Of a DNA stretch of 64,000 nucleotides, positions 25,102 through 37,700 are shown one piece after another. Every line of letters starts with the position of its first letter. The first letter of the stretch is position 1. Source of the stretch: Octopus sinensis. Lineage: Eukaryota. The notes beneath the pieces are model-generated. The model did not search any database. It worked only from the letters and a program-made list of their open reading frames with translations, and was not told the DNA's origin. Location of the stretch: positions 59,334,001 to 59,398,000 of the forward strand of contig NC_043007.1 of assembly GCF_006345805.1 (NCBI RefSeq). The letters are read 5' to 3'. The translations under genes and the position numbers were made by a program.

Positions 25102-27429
25102 TAAAAGGCCCACTCATCAGGTCACATGATTTGTCTTTCACAATAACATACTTAGTCTGGATAGCAATAGTTCAGTTTTCAATGAACAAAAGAGATTTAT
25201 AACAGGGTAGCTTTTCTTGGGTCACCTCCTTAATCCAAGGCTTGAACGCTGTGTCCAGCACCTCAATGCTGGTGATGGCATTAATCCAAATACCCAGCAG
25301 AAAGACGTGGGGTGGAATTACACAGCCCCAGCTTACAAGGAGAAAGGAAGGATAGGGAATGTAATAAATCATAGAAGAGGCGCGTAAGATAGAAGCTCGG
25401 GGGGGGGGGGGGAGATAGAAGACATTAAAATGAGAAAAGTAAAGGAAGAGTGGTACTGTGGAGATATGACAGATTACATTGTGAAAGCTTAGTGTACAGT
25501 GACACCATGGAAATAGAACAGATTACAATGGGGAGGGTAGAGGAGCTGTAGCCCCAAAGAGTTACAGTGACAAAATTAGGAGAATAGTATCACTGTGGAG
25601 ATGTAACTGATTCTTTGTTATATCTTCTCAGTTATATTATCCTACCTTCATTATTACGATCTGCTATATCTCCACACTGACAATATTTCACCTTTTTTGC
25701 AGTAATTTGTTAATAACCACAATGGTAATGTCCTTCAGAAACCTTTGTCAATGTAATCTCTTATGTCTTCCTATATTTCTCATAGTAAACACCACAGTGT
25801 TATGTTGCTGTCAGATTATATAGACAAATACAGGAGTGCATTAGCAGTATATATATACATGTGTGTGTGTGTGTAGAATATCACAGATTATGATGGAAAT
25901 GGTTCAATAGTAGCACAGTAATGGGAAAGGTAGGACTGTTATGCTATAAACATCTCACAAACATTTAGCAATAAAGCGTTGGGCAATGACCATTTATATA
26001 TCAAATAAAATGTAAAATGCATGTTCAATATAGCATGCATAAAAAGTCACTTTAAGAGAGAAACTTTTAAGGGTCTCTTCCACTTATGTTGTAATCTAGC
26101 TTGTCTTCTCAACAACAAAATACTAACTTCTCACCAGATCTCTCTCTCTCTCACACACACACATACATTAGAAGATAAGTCTTTATATGATAATAGTTTC
26201 ACAATTCATATTAATAGTTTTGTATTTCCCTATAACACTAATATCTTTATCTCCCTGTAAATACAAAAGCTTAATACCCTTGGTACACCAAATATTTTTC
26301 TAAGGGCTAAGGGCTCTTTCACTGCAAGTTTGATTCCCCACTATCACTGATGATTCTCAGATCAGAAGAGGAATCATAACAACAATCGGCATCATTACCA
26401 CTGCCAAAGTCCTGATTCCATTCCTTGTAACGGTAGTAGTCTTTCATCTTGTATCATGGAATCTCAAATCAGGACTTTGTCAACAGTGCATGGATCTGAT
26501 GTTTCACAAAAGGAGAAGGACTGTCAAACAGATTAGGAGAGTAGTAGCACTGGGAAGATGTAAGGATTTATGATGAAAATGGGAACACAGAAGGAGCTGT
26601 AAAAGACTAAACAAAAAACTTAGGAAGACACAGGCATGGCTGTGGTAAGGAGCTTGCTTGCCAACCACATGGTTCCAGGTTTGTGTGTGTGTGTGTGTCT
26701 CTTTGTTCCCCACCACTGCTTGAAAAACAGTGTTGGTGTGTTTATGTCCCTGTAAATTGGTGGTTCAGCAAAAGACACAGAGAATATGTAGCAGGCTTTA
26801 AAAAAATGTACAGGAATCAGTTCATTTGACTAATAGTTCTTGAAGGCAGTGTCCCAGCATGGCTGTAGTCTAATGACTGAAACAAGCAAAAGATAAAAGA
26901 TAAAATCAGACAGTAGTACTGTGAAACTATAAAATATTACAGGAGAGAGAGAGATTAGCAATGTGGAGATAAGTCATGTTATGGATGTTCACTTTCTAAT
27001 GGAGTTATAGGAGCACCATTGTGACATACTGTACACCAATTTTTTTCCACCTGCTACAGTTGTGTGTGAGAGTATGGGTTCCTGCTAATGATTTGTCTAT
27101 CCTTTTCTTGGTATTGCCTATGTCTTTTCCTCTGTCTGCCTCTCCTTCTCTTTTCCCTACCATGGTTCCTTAATTCTTTAGCATTTAAACCAGCCATATC
27201 TGGCCAAAAATTCAACTCATTTTATGTACAAACTAGCCATATCCAGCCTCTCACACCTATTATACAATACCATTCTAAAAATCAACAATTAGATCATCAA
27301 AATCTCAAAGTCACAAGATAATGTATGATTAACTAAAAACAATGTGAGTAAATAAGGAATACATTTAACAGTGTAACCTAATTGCTACAGAGTTAAAGAA
27401 TGGTTTTTGCAAGACCACTGAATCTTGTA

Positions 27430-28260
27430 AAACGCTATACCATCTCAATTTTCTTTTCTTCACTGTTTTTAGAAGGTCCTTATGAGAGGCTCTGTGATGC
27501 TAGATGATTTCTTGAATCCAATAATTTGTGGTCCAAGTATATGATGACTAAGATGTTGCAGTAGCATCTCATTTCCATTGTCTGTATCTTCCTCTGAATC
27601 TCTGTGTACAGGAAAATGGTCAGTATCAATGTGTACAGGAAAATGGTCAGTATCAATGCATGCAGGGAAAGTCTATTCAGTGATGTTCTTATCTTTCCAT
27701 ATTTTGAGTTGGTGAATGTAGTCATTGTCTATGCGGCTCTTGCAAGGATTTCAGGCCTTGATCTTTTACTCCCAGGTAGTTGAACTGCTACACTAACTAG
27801 TTTCTGTCCTAGTACAATGCCATAGATTTGGTTTATTTTTTCTAGCACTGACTTCTATTCTAAATTTGGTGGAAGCTGTATGAAAGTTCTAGACTAATTC
27901 ATCTTCCAACTAATCCAACAATATCATCAACAAATTAAACATTTTTGATGTCTCCCCACTCTGATACTGACTACACCCACATAGTTTTCCAAAATATTGA
28001 TCATAATCAATTCCAGAAAGATGTTAAAGATAGTGGGCAAAAGGAAGCAGCCCTGATAGACTCCTCCAATGGCATGGAACCATTCTCCAACATTGTCTTG
28101 TATGTGTACTACATTGGTTGCTTTGTTGTTGTTCAATTTTACAAGTGAAATTCTGCCCCATGATGAACTTTTTCATTGTGGTGCATAGGGCACCATGTTG
28201 GATTCTATCAAATTCTTTTAAAGATCTATGAAGACTGTACTAGGATACCAGCTAGTGTGA
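27430..28260 (-). mobile_element. Degenerate RTE/BovB-like RT fragment with a 27-bp tandem duplication (27604-27657)
   Basis: VGEWF...GVYQGCFLLPTIFNIFLE (27927-28136); IQTMEMRCY. Confidence 0.7.
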
Positions 28261-28581
28261 AGTAGGCTCATGTCTATTTGCCTGCAGGCAAAGCCCTTCA
28301 ATGTTACACTGGCACAATACTCTGTAAAGAGCTTCATGATGTCATCACTAAGATAGACAGGATATACTTATCAATCATACAGGGTGACTGGAATGTGAAG
28401 GTAGGGAAGAATACCCAAGGTGATTGTTGATCTATAGCGTAGGACATGGTCAATGATGCATGGATTTGATATTCCATCAGAGAAGGACCTAATCTCTCAG
28501 CATGAGGAACTGTACAACCAATGAGTAATACTAGGGGTTCAAGAAATGACTAACATTTTACCCAGTAGAGTAAAAATGCTT

Positions 28582-28809
28582 TTAACCCTTTAGTGTTTGG
28601 ATTACTCTGTCAAATGTAATGCTTATTTATTCATACTGCTTCCAATTAATCATATCTTATCTCATAGCTTTGAGATTTCAATGATGTGATTACTTATTTT
28701 TAGATTAACATTGTAGGGTAGGTGTGAGAGGCAGGATCTGATTGGTTTGAACATAAAACAGGTAGAATATTTAGGCTGGATATGGCCAGTTTAAATGTTA
28801 AAGGGTTAA
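28582..28809. mobile_element. TTAA-flanked MITE (piggyBac-like); copies also at about 3127-3350, 27170-27396 and 56888-57115
   Basis: ttaa|ccctttag ... taaaggg|ttaa; four homologous ~225-bp copies. Confidence 0.8.
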
Positions 28810-29010
28810 AATCTTATTTTAAATGTTTAAACTATTCATTCTAGAATCCCATTTGATGGTAGGAAATTCAGGGCTGTTTTGAAAGGTATGTAGCCAGTTT
28901 TCTGTTGCCAACAACAAAGACTGTCATCATGAAATTGAAGAATGTCTAGCAGGAAGACAATAACATTGAATTGATATGGCAGATTACTTTCATAACGATA
29001 GGACAGAAAT

Positions 29011-29140
29011 ACTGTGGTGATATAAGAGATTTACAGTGAAAAAAATAGGAGGACAGTAGCACAATGAAGATATTAGAGATTTACAATGAGAAAGATAGCA
29101 AAACAGTAGCAGTGTGAAGATAGAACAGATTACAGAGTAA
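29011..29140. repeat. Degenerate 50-bp minisatellite
   Basis: Units start at 29011, 29061 and 29111 (a..gtg..gata...agatttaca.tg.aaa.atag....acagtagc). Confidence 0.65.
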
Positions 29141-32100
29141 TTTGTATCAAAGAAGAGAGAGAAAGAGACATGTAAATGAGCTGATAAAATATCCAATATT
29201 TTGTCTGGTGACTCATGTGTCTGAATGTTGAAATCAATCTATATAGGTGGAGATTAATGGAAAGGTCATTCCAATAATAAAGAAAAGCAGGTCAAGAATG
29301 ATGCTCTCAACAGTGTCAGAATTGATAAAGATCTTAATATAAAAGAGTGTTACAATTTGGCAACTACAATAATATAGCTAAGAAATTTATATACCAATGA
29401 TAGAATCTTCACTGATATTCTAATCAATATTGAGTCGATAGCATTTACATGGCAATATCAGGGACTTTTGTTAATGCATATATTGACTACAGGATAGAGT
29501 CTGTCATTCTGGGGAGTTAACTTACTCATGTTTAACCTACTAATGATGCTTAATTAGTTTGAACATAGTTTGTAGTGAGACAAATATCAATATTTAAATA
29601 AAGATTTCATGAAGGGATAGAGAATGAAGATAATAAACAAAAAAAACTATGGATGTTTGTCATATTTCTGAAATAAAGATAATTGTAGGTTGTTTTTCTT
29701 TATTTTATTGGTCAGTAAGGAGAGAAAACAGTGCCAATGACCCTTTTTAGAACCTCTGAGATTGGTGGGATGGAGGGAGAAAGGGAGGGGGAAAGAGAGA
29801 AAGAGAGAAGGGGGAGAAAGGTATCTTCAAACTGGACAACTGACCTGAATGCTGGCAACAGAGTAGGTTCCACTAAAAGCACCCAAGATGCCAGGTGGTG
29901 GTTGTGCTATATCAGGTGATGGATTAATCCTACCACCCATGTAGGTAGAAGTGGAATTAGAACTCAGAAATGCAATGAGTCAGAACACATACCACAATGC
30001 TCCTGGCCAGACAGTGTTACAAGGCAAAAGGAAAAGTTGACTTAAGTGGGATTTAAACTTAAACTGCAGGGAGTTGGAATAAATACTGAGGCATTCTGAC
30101 GCTCTAACAACTCTGCCAATTTGTGGGTCTTATGGTAAATAAAATTCATTAACACGATAAAATAATTAGCCAGATATTTTACAGTTAAACCACAACTGCA
30201 AAATTTTAGATTTACTAAAATATATCATATTTAGAATAAAATGCAGAAAAGCACAAATTTCACATACATAGGTCATATTTTAATTATGCTCAATCACTGT
30301 TTCATTGGCATCAAACCTCATTATTTAAATTTATTTATGTAATTAAGATACATAATTATTTCATAAATTTAAAAGTAATGTTTACCCAAATTGCTGGTGG
30401 CAGGGGGAAATGCACTGGAATATGCAATGTCTCAGAATAGATTAAATTTTTTTAGATTTATTAAGGTAAAGGTATACAGATTTAATTCATCTTTAGATTC
30501 TAATGAACCAGAAATTCTGTCACCCTGAGGAGGAGGAGCTGCTGCCATCTAATGTTTGTTTTCCATGCTGGCATGGGTTGGACAATTTGACAGGAGCCAG
30601 AGGACTCCATGCTCTTTTTAATGCCAACCATTTAATAGAGTGTACTGAGTGCTTTTATATTGTATTGACACAAATAAGGTTACCAAGTAACTCACAAAAC
30701 TGAGGGTGGGGGTGTAGCATTGAAGGAGGTTTTATGCCAGGCAATGAGAGGTTAAAGTACAACAGAAGGATAGAATTAGTTGTCTTGAATGTCTCTTTGA
30801 AAAGAAGATGACAAGACAAAAATTAATGAAGTCAGAAGCTATTTGAAAATGATACCATCATTGTCATCATCATCATCATCATTGTTTAACATGTGTTTTC
30901 CATGCTGACATGGGTTGGATAGTTTGACACGGAGCTGGCCAGCTGGAAACTTGTCCAGACTCTAATCATCTGTTTTAGCTTGGTTACAATGGCTGGATGC
31001 CCTTCCTAAAGTCAACCACTTTACTGAGTGTGCTGGGTGGTTTATATGTGGCACCAGCATGAGTGCATTTCACATGGCACCAACATGAGTGACACTGGTA
31101 TAAATGTATTTTACTGGTATAAATGTATTAGGTGGTAATATTGTAAAAATGTATTAGGTGGTAAAATAAAAGAAACACTGGTATAAATGTTATTTTACGT
31201 GACACCAGCACAAGTGTATAGTATGTGGTACTGGCACAAGTGTATACTATGTGACACTGGCATGAGTGCATTTTACATGGCACCAGACCTTCACATAAAT
31301 TATGGTGGGACTAAGCAATCATCAAAAAATAGTGTTAAGAGTGTAAAATAACTGAAAGACAGACTTCAAGAAAAAATTATATATGTTAAATGGCAATACA
31401 TTTAAAATAGCACAGATTTCTTCCAACAATATATCTTCAGGTTCAACTTATTAGAAGTCTGACAAAGCAAGTATACTTTATGATGGCTTATGATTTTCTT
31501 TTCAAGCGAGGTGGGGGGGAGAAAAAAAAAAGAAGGAATGAAGCCATTTTAAAGCAATATCCCAGACACCAATATTTCTGCAAGATTATGGTGGACAGCT
31601 TGAAAAGTAACTAAAATATTAATCAATAAAACAATTACTGGATGTTTTTGTTAATAATAACCATTAAGTGGTTCATGAATTTTAATTAGAGCTGTAACGC
31701 TTCTTATGAAATTGTTTATCAACATGGAAATCATTAACTATTATGTTAATTAACATGGGATAATTAACAGTGTTGTTTATTTATCAATGATAAAACTACA
31801 AACTCAGTAAATTTACATTTTTTTCTATTGGTTATGTCTGTAGATAAGACTAATGAAAAATAGAAATAGGACTGAAAGACAGTTTAGAAAGATATTGTAG
31901 TGAGAAACTCACACACATATACACAAATGTGCACACACATGCATGTATGCACACATGCCAGAGTCAATTTTGACTCAAGTTACACATCCAGATGATAGAA
32001 AATAACCATTTCCTAGTTCTGTAAGAAAACAAGATAATCTTCCAAATATTTTTGGCAAGTAAATATGCTTTATCTAGGATTAGAGAGACATATATTGAAA

Positions 32101-34767
32101 CTGGAATTCCTTGGACTGTCTATGCACAATAAGAAGGAGAACAATAGGAAAACAAGGATGAACAATAGGAAAATAAGGAGAGAGGAAAAAGAACATGAGA
32201 TCATAGTAGTAGTAGTGATGGGAAGAAAAGTAGCAGTAGTATTAATATTAGTAGTGATGAAGATAGTGAGCTGGCAGAATCGTTAGCATACTGGGGAAAA
32301 ATGTGAAGCAGCATTTTGTTCGTCTCAATGTTCTGAGTTCAAATTCTGCCAAGGTTGATTTTGCCTTTTATCCTTTCAGGGTCGATAAAATAAGTACTAG
32401 TTGAGCTCTGTGTTTGATTTAATCAACTTAGTCTCTCCACCAAAACTACTGGCCTTGTCCCAAAATTTGGCCTCATGGAAGAAATGTGGCCGATGCTAGT
32501 GTCATGAAACTGGCACTTGTGATGGTGGCTTGTAAAAAGCATGGAGGCAATGTGGCTGATGTCGGTGGCACATAAAAGCACCCATTACACTCTTGGAGTG
32601 GTTGGTGTTAAGAAGGGCATCCTGCTGTGGAAGCCATGCCAAATCAGACTGGAGTCTGGTGCAGCCCCTCAGCTTACCACCTCTGGTCAAACCATCCAAC
32701 CCATGCCAGTATGGACAATGGATGTTAAATGATGATGATGATGATGATAATGAATATTAAAAGTGATGGCAGTCTCAGTAATAGTAGCAGCACTAGTTAG
32801 AACTGGCATTAGAATAAATCTCAAGGGTTTAGTATCATTAGTTGAAGAACAATTCATAACAGAGTAAAAGCTGTTTATTTCAAACAGGTTTAGATCAACA
32901 CTTTCATTTGCTTTACATTAATTTTTCACTCTAGCATGGGTTAGAGGAATATATAATTGAGATATAGTATTACAACTGGATGTCCGTCTTGTCACTGACT
33001 GTTATTTGATTTTCTAGTAAAGAGATTTTTTTATTTCACCTGTTTGAAGGCATGAAGTTAACACTGTCCATAGCTAACAACTTTTATAAAACGCAGATAT
33101 AGACTAACACAAACACACATGTATGCACATGTGCACACACACACACACAAATATGACAGGTTTCTTTCAGTTTCCATTTTCCAAATTCACTCACAAGGCC
33201 TGAAGGTATTGTAGAAGACTCTTGATCATGGTACTGCACAGTGTGAGTGATCCTTGTGTCAATACTAATTTTAGGAAATGAATCTTAGTTCAAATGTATA
33301 ATTAATAACCAATTAGAACCATAATTTTAGAGTGATCAGAATCAAAGTAAACATGCTGATTTCTATAAATATTCATTTGTTAAAGAAAGCAGAGAATTTT
33401 TTGTGATAAATCTACATTTGTTGGTTACATGCTGGACTAAATGTTATGCAGCATTGAGTTTATCTTTCACAGTTATGAGTTCAAATACTGCAAGGGTCGG
33501 GTCAACTGTATGATAAAATAAATACCTGACATAAAATGATGATGGTTGATTTAGTTGATATTACTCAAGCTGGGAGGATTGTTAAAGGCATTGCAGTATT
33601 TCTTCTGTTACTTTCTTCCAAGTTCAAATTGCATCAAGGTCAACTTTACCTTTCACCCTAAGGTGTTTGACTTCAATTTTATTTCTATCGCAAGTGTATC
33701 ATGAGTTTATTATGTGTGCAGAACCCAATTTCAACCAATCAAGGTTAACTATTTATATGATAATTTCTAGACAGTTCTTTCAGTAATAGTGTTATAAACA
33801 GCTCTTTTTTGGCATGATTAGCCAGAGAGAATTTGAACCCCGCTCATTATGGTGCTCCGGTTAGTTTCTTTCTCAAAGTTGTTTTCACAGCTTCATACAA
33901 CTTTCATTTACAGCCTTCTCATACATGTATCTTTCACTGACACACTGACAATCCAAATATCATTGACCCCTTTTTACTCTAAACCTAGGCTATTTATATC
34001 TTTGCATTCAAGTTCTGTGAACTGGCAGAATTATTAAAGTATTGTTTTTTAACACTTTACTTTTTGGATAAAAATCCTGCCGGGATCAACTTTGCTTTTC
34101 ATCCCTCCAATGTTGATAAATTAAAGTACCAGTCAAGTACTAGAGTTGATGGTATCAACTGATGCACCCTGCCTCCGAAATGCTTGCCTTGTACATCTGT
34201 ATCATCAGCATCAATGTGGGTGGATTTTCCTAATAGTTATTTTCACAGTTCCATATCATCTCAGAGATGAGGATGAATCAATGCCATACATTTTTGCAGC
34301 AATATGAAGATCAGTTTAACCATTAATTATCCGTAATGATTTTCAACACCTGTGAATATGATGTGCATATAATTTGGCACTGTCTGTATTTCATGAAGCT
34401 TTGTATAAAATGTAGCAATAAATGTATATACACTGACATCAAGTCTTGTCATAACTCATGCTACAACCCCATTGGGAGTCTATAAACCAAAGTAACCAGT
34501 CAGTTACTGGATCGATGTAATCAATCAATCCCCTCCCCTCAGTATTGCAGGCTTTGTGTCTAAATCAGAAACCACTATTAGGGAAGAGAAACAAAGACAG
34601 AGAGACCAGTGGCCAGGGAAGATATGTTATCTGGTCTTATATTCAAACCTTTGCCACTGAGTTCAATTTCTACCAAAGTCAGCTTTGCTTTTCATCTTTC
34701 CATGAAAGTACAACTATACAAACCTTCAAATAATGTGACAAAAGAAATAATTGGTTTTATACTTTAC

Positions 34768-34897
34768 CGAGAAACATTGCATTTATGGTGAGATCTCTTT
34801 TGTTAGCATCTTGCTGCCAATACGAATCAAGTTCTTGTGTAGCAGCTCCCTTGACAATTGCTGAATCTGTTCGAAGTGTAGAAATTTCAAAGTTTTC
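34768..34897 (-). CDS. TRNT1: TRNT1-like exon (flexible loop and RRD-motif region), 130 nt, phase 0 to 1
   Basis: ttatag|GAAAAC...CTCG|gtaaag; translates ENFEISTLRTDSAIVKGAATQELDSYWQQDANKRDLTINAMFL, in frame with both neighbours. Confidence 0.95.
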
Positions 34898-36559
34898 CTA
34901 TAAACCATGAAATATAAATTGTTATAAATGTTATTGATTAGTTTATTCTCACTGACATTTACATCTAATATTTACATGCACACATGTACATGCATCCATG
35001 CACATGATACATCTGTGCATATATCGATAAATATGGGATGGAAAACAAAACAATAGCTGGGTTTTTTTTTTCAACTCTAAAAGCTCACAAATCCAACTAG
35101 GGAAGAATAAATGTAATAAATATTAATTATTTAGCATTGAAATATGGCTAATAATCTATATCTATAAGCATCAATGTCTGTTTGTCTTGAAACAACATCA
35201 TCATTTCCCAACAAATCTTTATCAAATTTTGAGGGAGATCCAGATGCAATCCAGAATTATGTATGAGCAAAACATCCCAAGTTTGAGGTCCCCTTAGGGA
35301 AAAATAGGGATAAGTCAAGAAAAGTGAAAAATCGTAGAGAGGCTGCAAACTGTCATGGAGTAGGAGTGATAGTGCAAAGCACAGAAATGGCAGTTTGTCA
35401 CATCAAAATGTGGTTTTTCTTTCTCTATTGGTCTTTCAATAATCTCCCACACTCTCTCACACACACATACACAAACACATATTGAAAGCTGTTGTCATCA
35501 AATTTTCATGTTCAAAAGTAATATCTTTGTAAAGTTAATACATGGTCTCAAATACCATGGGAGCAGAAAGTAATTTATTCTTTCATTGTCTCTCACTAAA
35601 TTTGTCTCTGTTTCTAAAATATTCAGGATTCATATTCTGCAAACCAAACTGTTAACTTATTTAATGTTTGAATATTTTACAAGCCTAATGATTTAAACAT
35701 GAAACAGGAAATATATTTTCTATCTGTCATGGTATTTGGAACCACAAACTAACTTTCTGAAATGTGATTTCTTTTAAAGAGGAATTCTTCATAATGATTG
35801 TGTTCCAATATATACTCTTTATAAGGCTGCAAGCTAGTAGAATGGTTAGCATGTCAGGTTAAATGCTTAGTGGCATGTTCTGAGTTTAAATTCTGTCATG
35901 GTTGACTTTATCTTTCATCTTTTCAGGATCAATGAAATAAGTACCAGTTGTGCACTTGGGTCAATGTAATCAACTTACCCCTCCCCCCAAATTGCTGGCC
36001 TTTACCAAAATTTGAAATCATTATTTACATTCTTTGTATATTTTGTGTGCAATATAAATTAGCTCATGGTATTGTTACACATACTGATGGAATATTTGAT
36101 ACTTGTGCTAAAAATATCATGGTTCACTCTCGTTCCAGGACCTCAAAACAGTTGTTTGATATACCTGTGTAACAAACCATAAAGCTTGCCAGAGACAATG
36201 CAAACAGGAACAGTGTCTTGAAAAAAAACTGTAGTTTTGTGTAGCTTGGAAGCAAGAGGAAAGTTCCTTTGTTATCATTTTTATGCCTGTTCATCATCCA
36301 ATTTTCAGCAACTTTGGCATAATCAAGAGTACAACATGATAAAAAACATACTTTGTTAAGCACAAGAGTTAAAAAAAACATCTAGATTTAACCTCAATCA
36401 TATACATAGATTTTCATTGAAAATACCCTATATTCTATGGTTGGTAAGGATTTTGATCAGGGTAAACCATCACCTCCAGAAGCACCGCAGTCACAAATCT
36501 CAGTTGAGAGTTTCTTCAGGTAACCAGCTATAACATTCAACAACGGGAAAAGTAGGTCT

Positions 36560-37700
36560 ACCAAAATGAATTAATCTTGGTTTGATACATAAAAAACAAT
36601 TGGTGACATCTGGTATGGGAGAAATTATTTTCCTTGATACTTATGATGGAACAGGTAAAACCTTTGGTCAATCAAATTTTAACAAAATTTCATTCACTCA
36701 AGCAGTGGCCTCATTTGAAATTGCTGCAACTTTACTCACAGGGCCAGGACTGCTGGTTCTGCTTTGAAACTGTCACTCAACATTGCACACAATAACAGTC
36801 TTGTATGCAATATTTACAAAGGATCAGGCAGCAAGCTAGCAGAATCATTAGCATGCCAGGCAAAGTTTAGCAGCATTTTATCTGTCTTTACATTCTGAGT
36901 TGAAATTCTGCCAAGGTCGACTTTGCCTTTCATCATTTCAGGGTCAGTAAAATAAGTACCAGTTGAGCATTGGGGTGAATGTAATTGATTTACCCACTCC
37001 CCTGAAATTGCTGGCCCTGTGCCAAAATTTGTAATCAATATTTACAAAGAATCTGGACAAGCAGAGGTTCTGAAGTAAGCCAATCTGACAGTATATGATG
37101 AGAGCATATTGTCTAAAGGACTTGCATCTGAGGTTCTTGATTGCACCTTAAAAGATCTCAGAGTTGACATGAACATCATAGGTGGAGTCACACAATCTTG
37201 CTCTCAGGCAATTTCAATCAAACACTGTCAGTCATCCCAAAAGTACACCTACTAGTGAAATTCGGAGCACACCTCAAAGAAATTTATGTTTGAAGACTAG
37301 AGAAAACTTTGTCTTTCTACCAACATGAGAGTTGCACTTCATAGAAATGTCACACCCGCCAAATTTGCTAAAAGTTCATTTCACTTAAGGTCGTGAAGAG
37401 GGAGGGGGATGATCAGCAACTAGGTGGCACTGAGAGCAGAGATGTAACAAAAAAAAAAGAAACAAAAGAATGCAAAGCAAAAGAACAAACAAAAACTGAA
37501 GAACCATCAACATATCTCAAGAAATACTACTGAAAGTTTATTGTATTTATAATTATCAAAGAATTATATAAACCATGAGAAGCTTTCTGAATGTGCAATC
37601 CCCAAAATAACTACCATATGAGTTAAATCATTTTAATTTGACAAATATGTTTCTATTTATTTGATACCTGGGTAATGCTGGGTATCTCTGATGGTAAATA
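36560..37700 (+). mobile_element. Degenerate Helitron (PIF1-type helicase) remnant interrupted by a SINE
   Basis: FLDTYDGTGKTF (Walker A), AVASFEIAATLL, VYDES, LDCTLKDL, LSGNFNQTLSVIP; Helitron-like 3' end near 37665-37695. Confidence 0.8.
36822..37035 (+). mobile_element. tRNA-derived SINE (second family) with 14-bp TSD caatatttacaaag; other copies at about 4770-4950, 10118-10310, 32265-32470 and 35822-36020
   Basis: Direct repeats at 36808-36821 and 37036-37049; tRNA-like head; multiple homologues in the window. Confidence 0.88.

Noticed and set aside
26399-26488. Short hairpin caaagtcctgatt / aatcaggactttg as a possible pre-miRNA
   Set aside because: Only a 13-bp perfect stem with a ~50-nt poorly paired loop.
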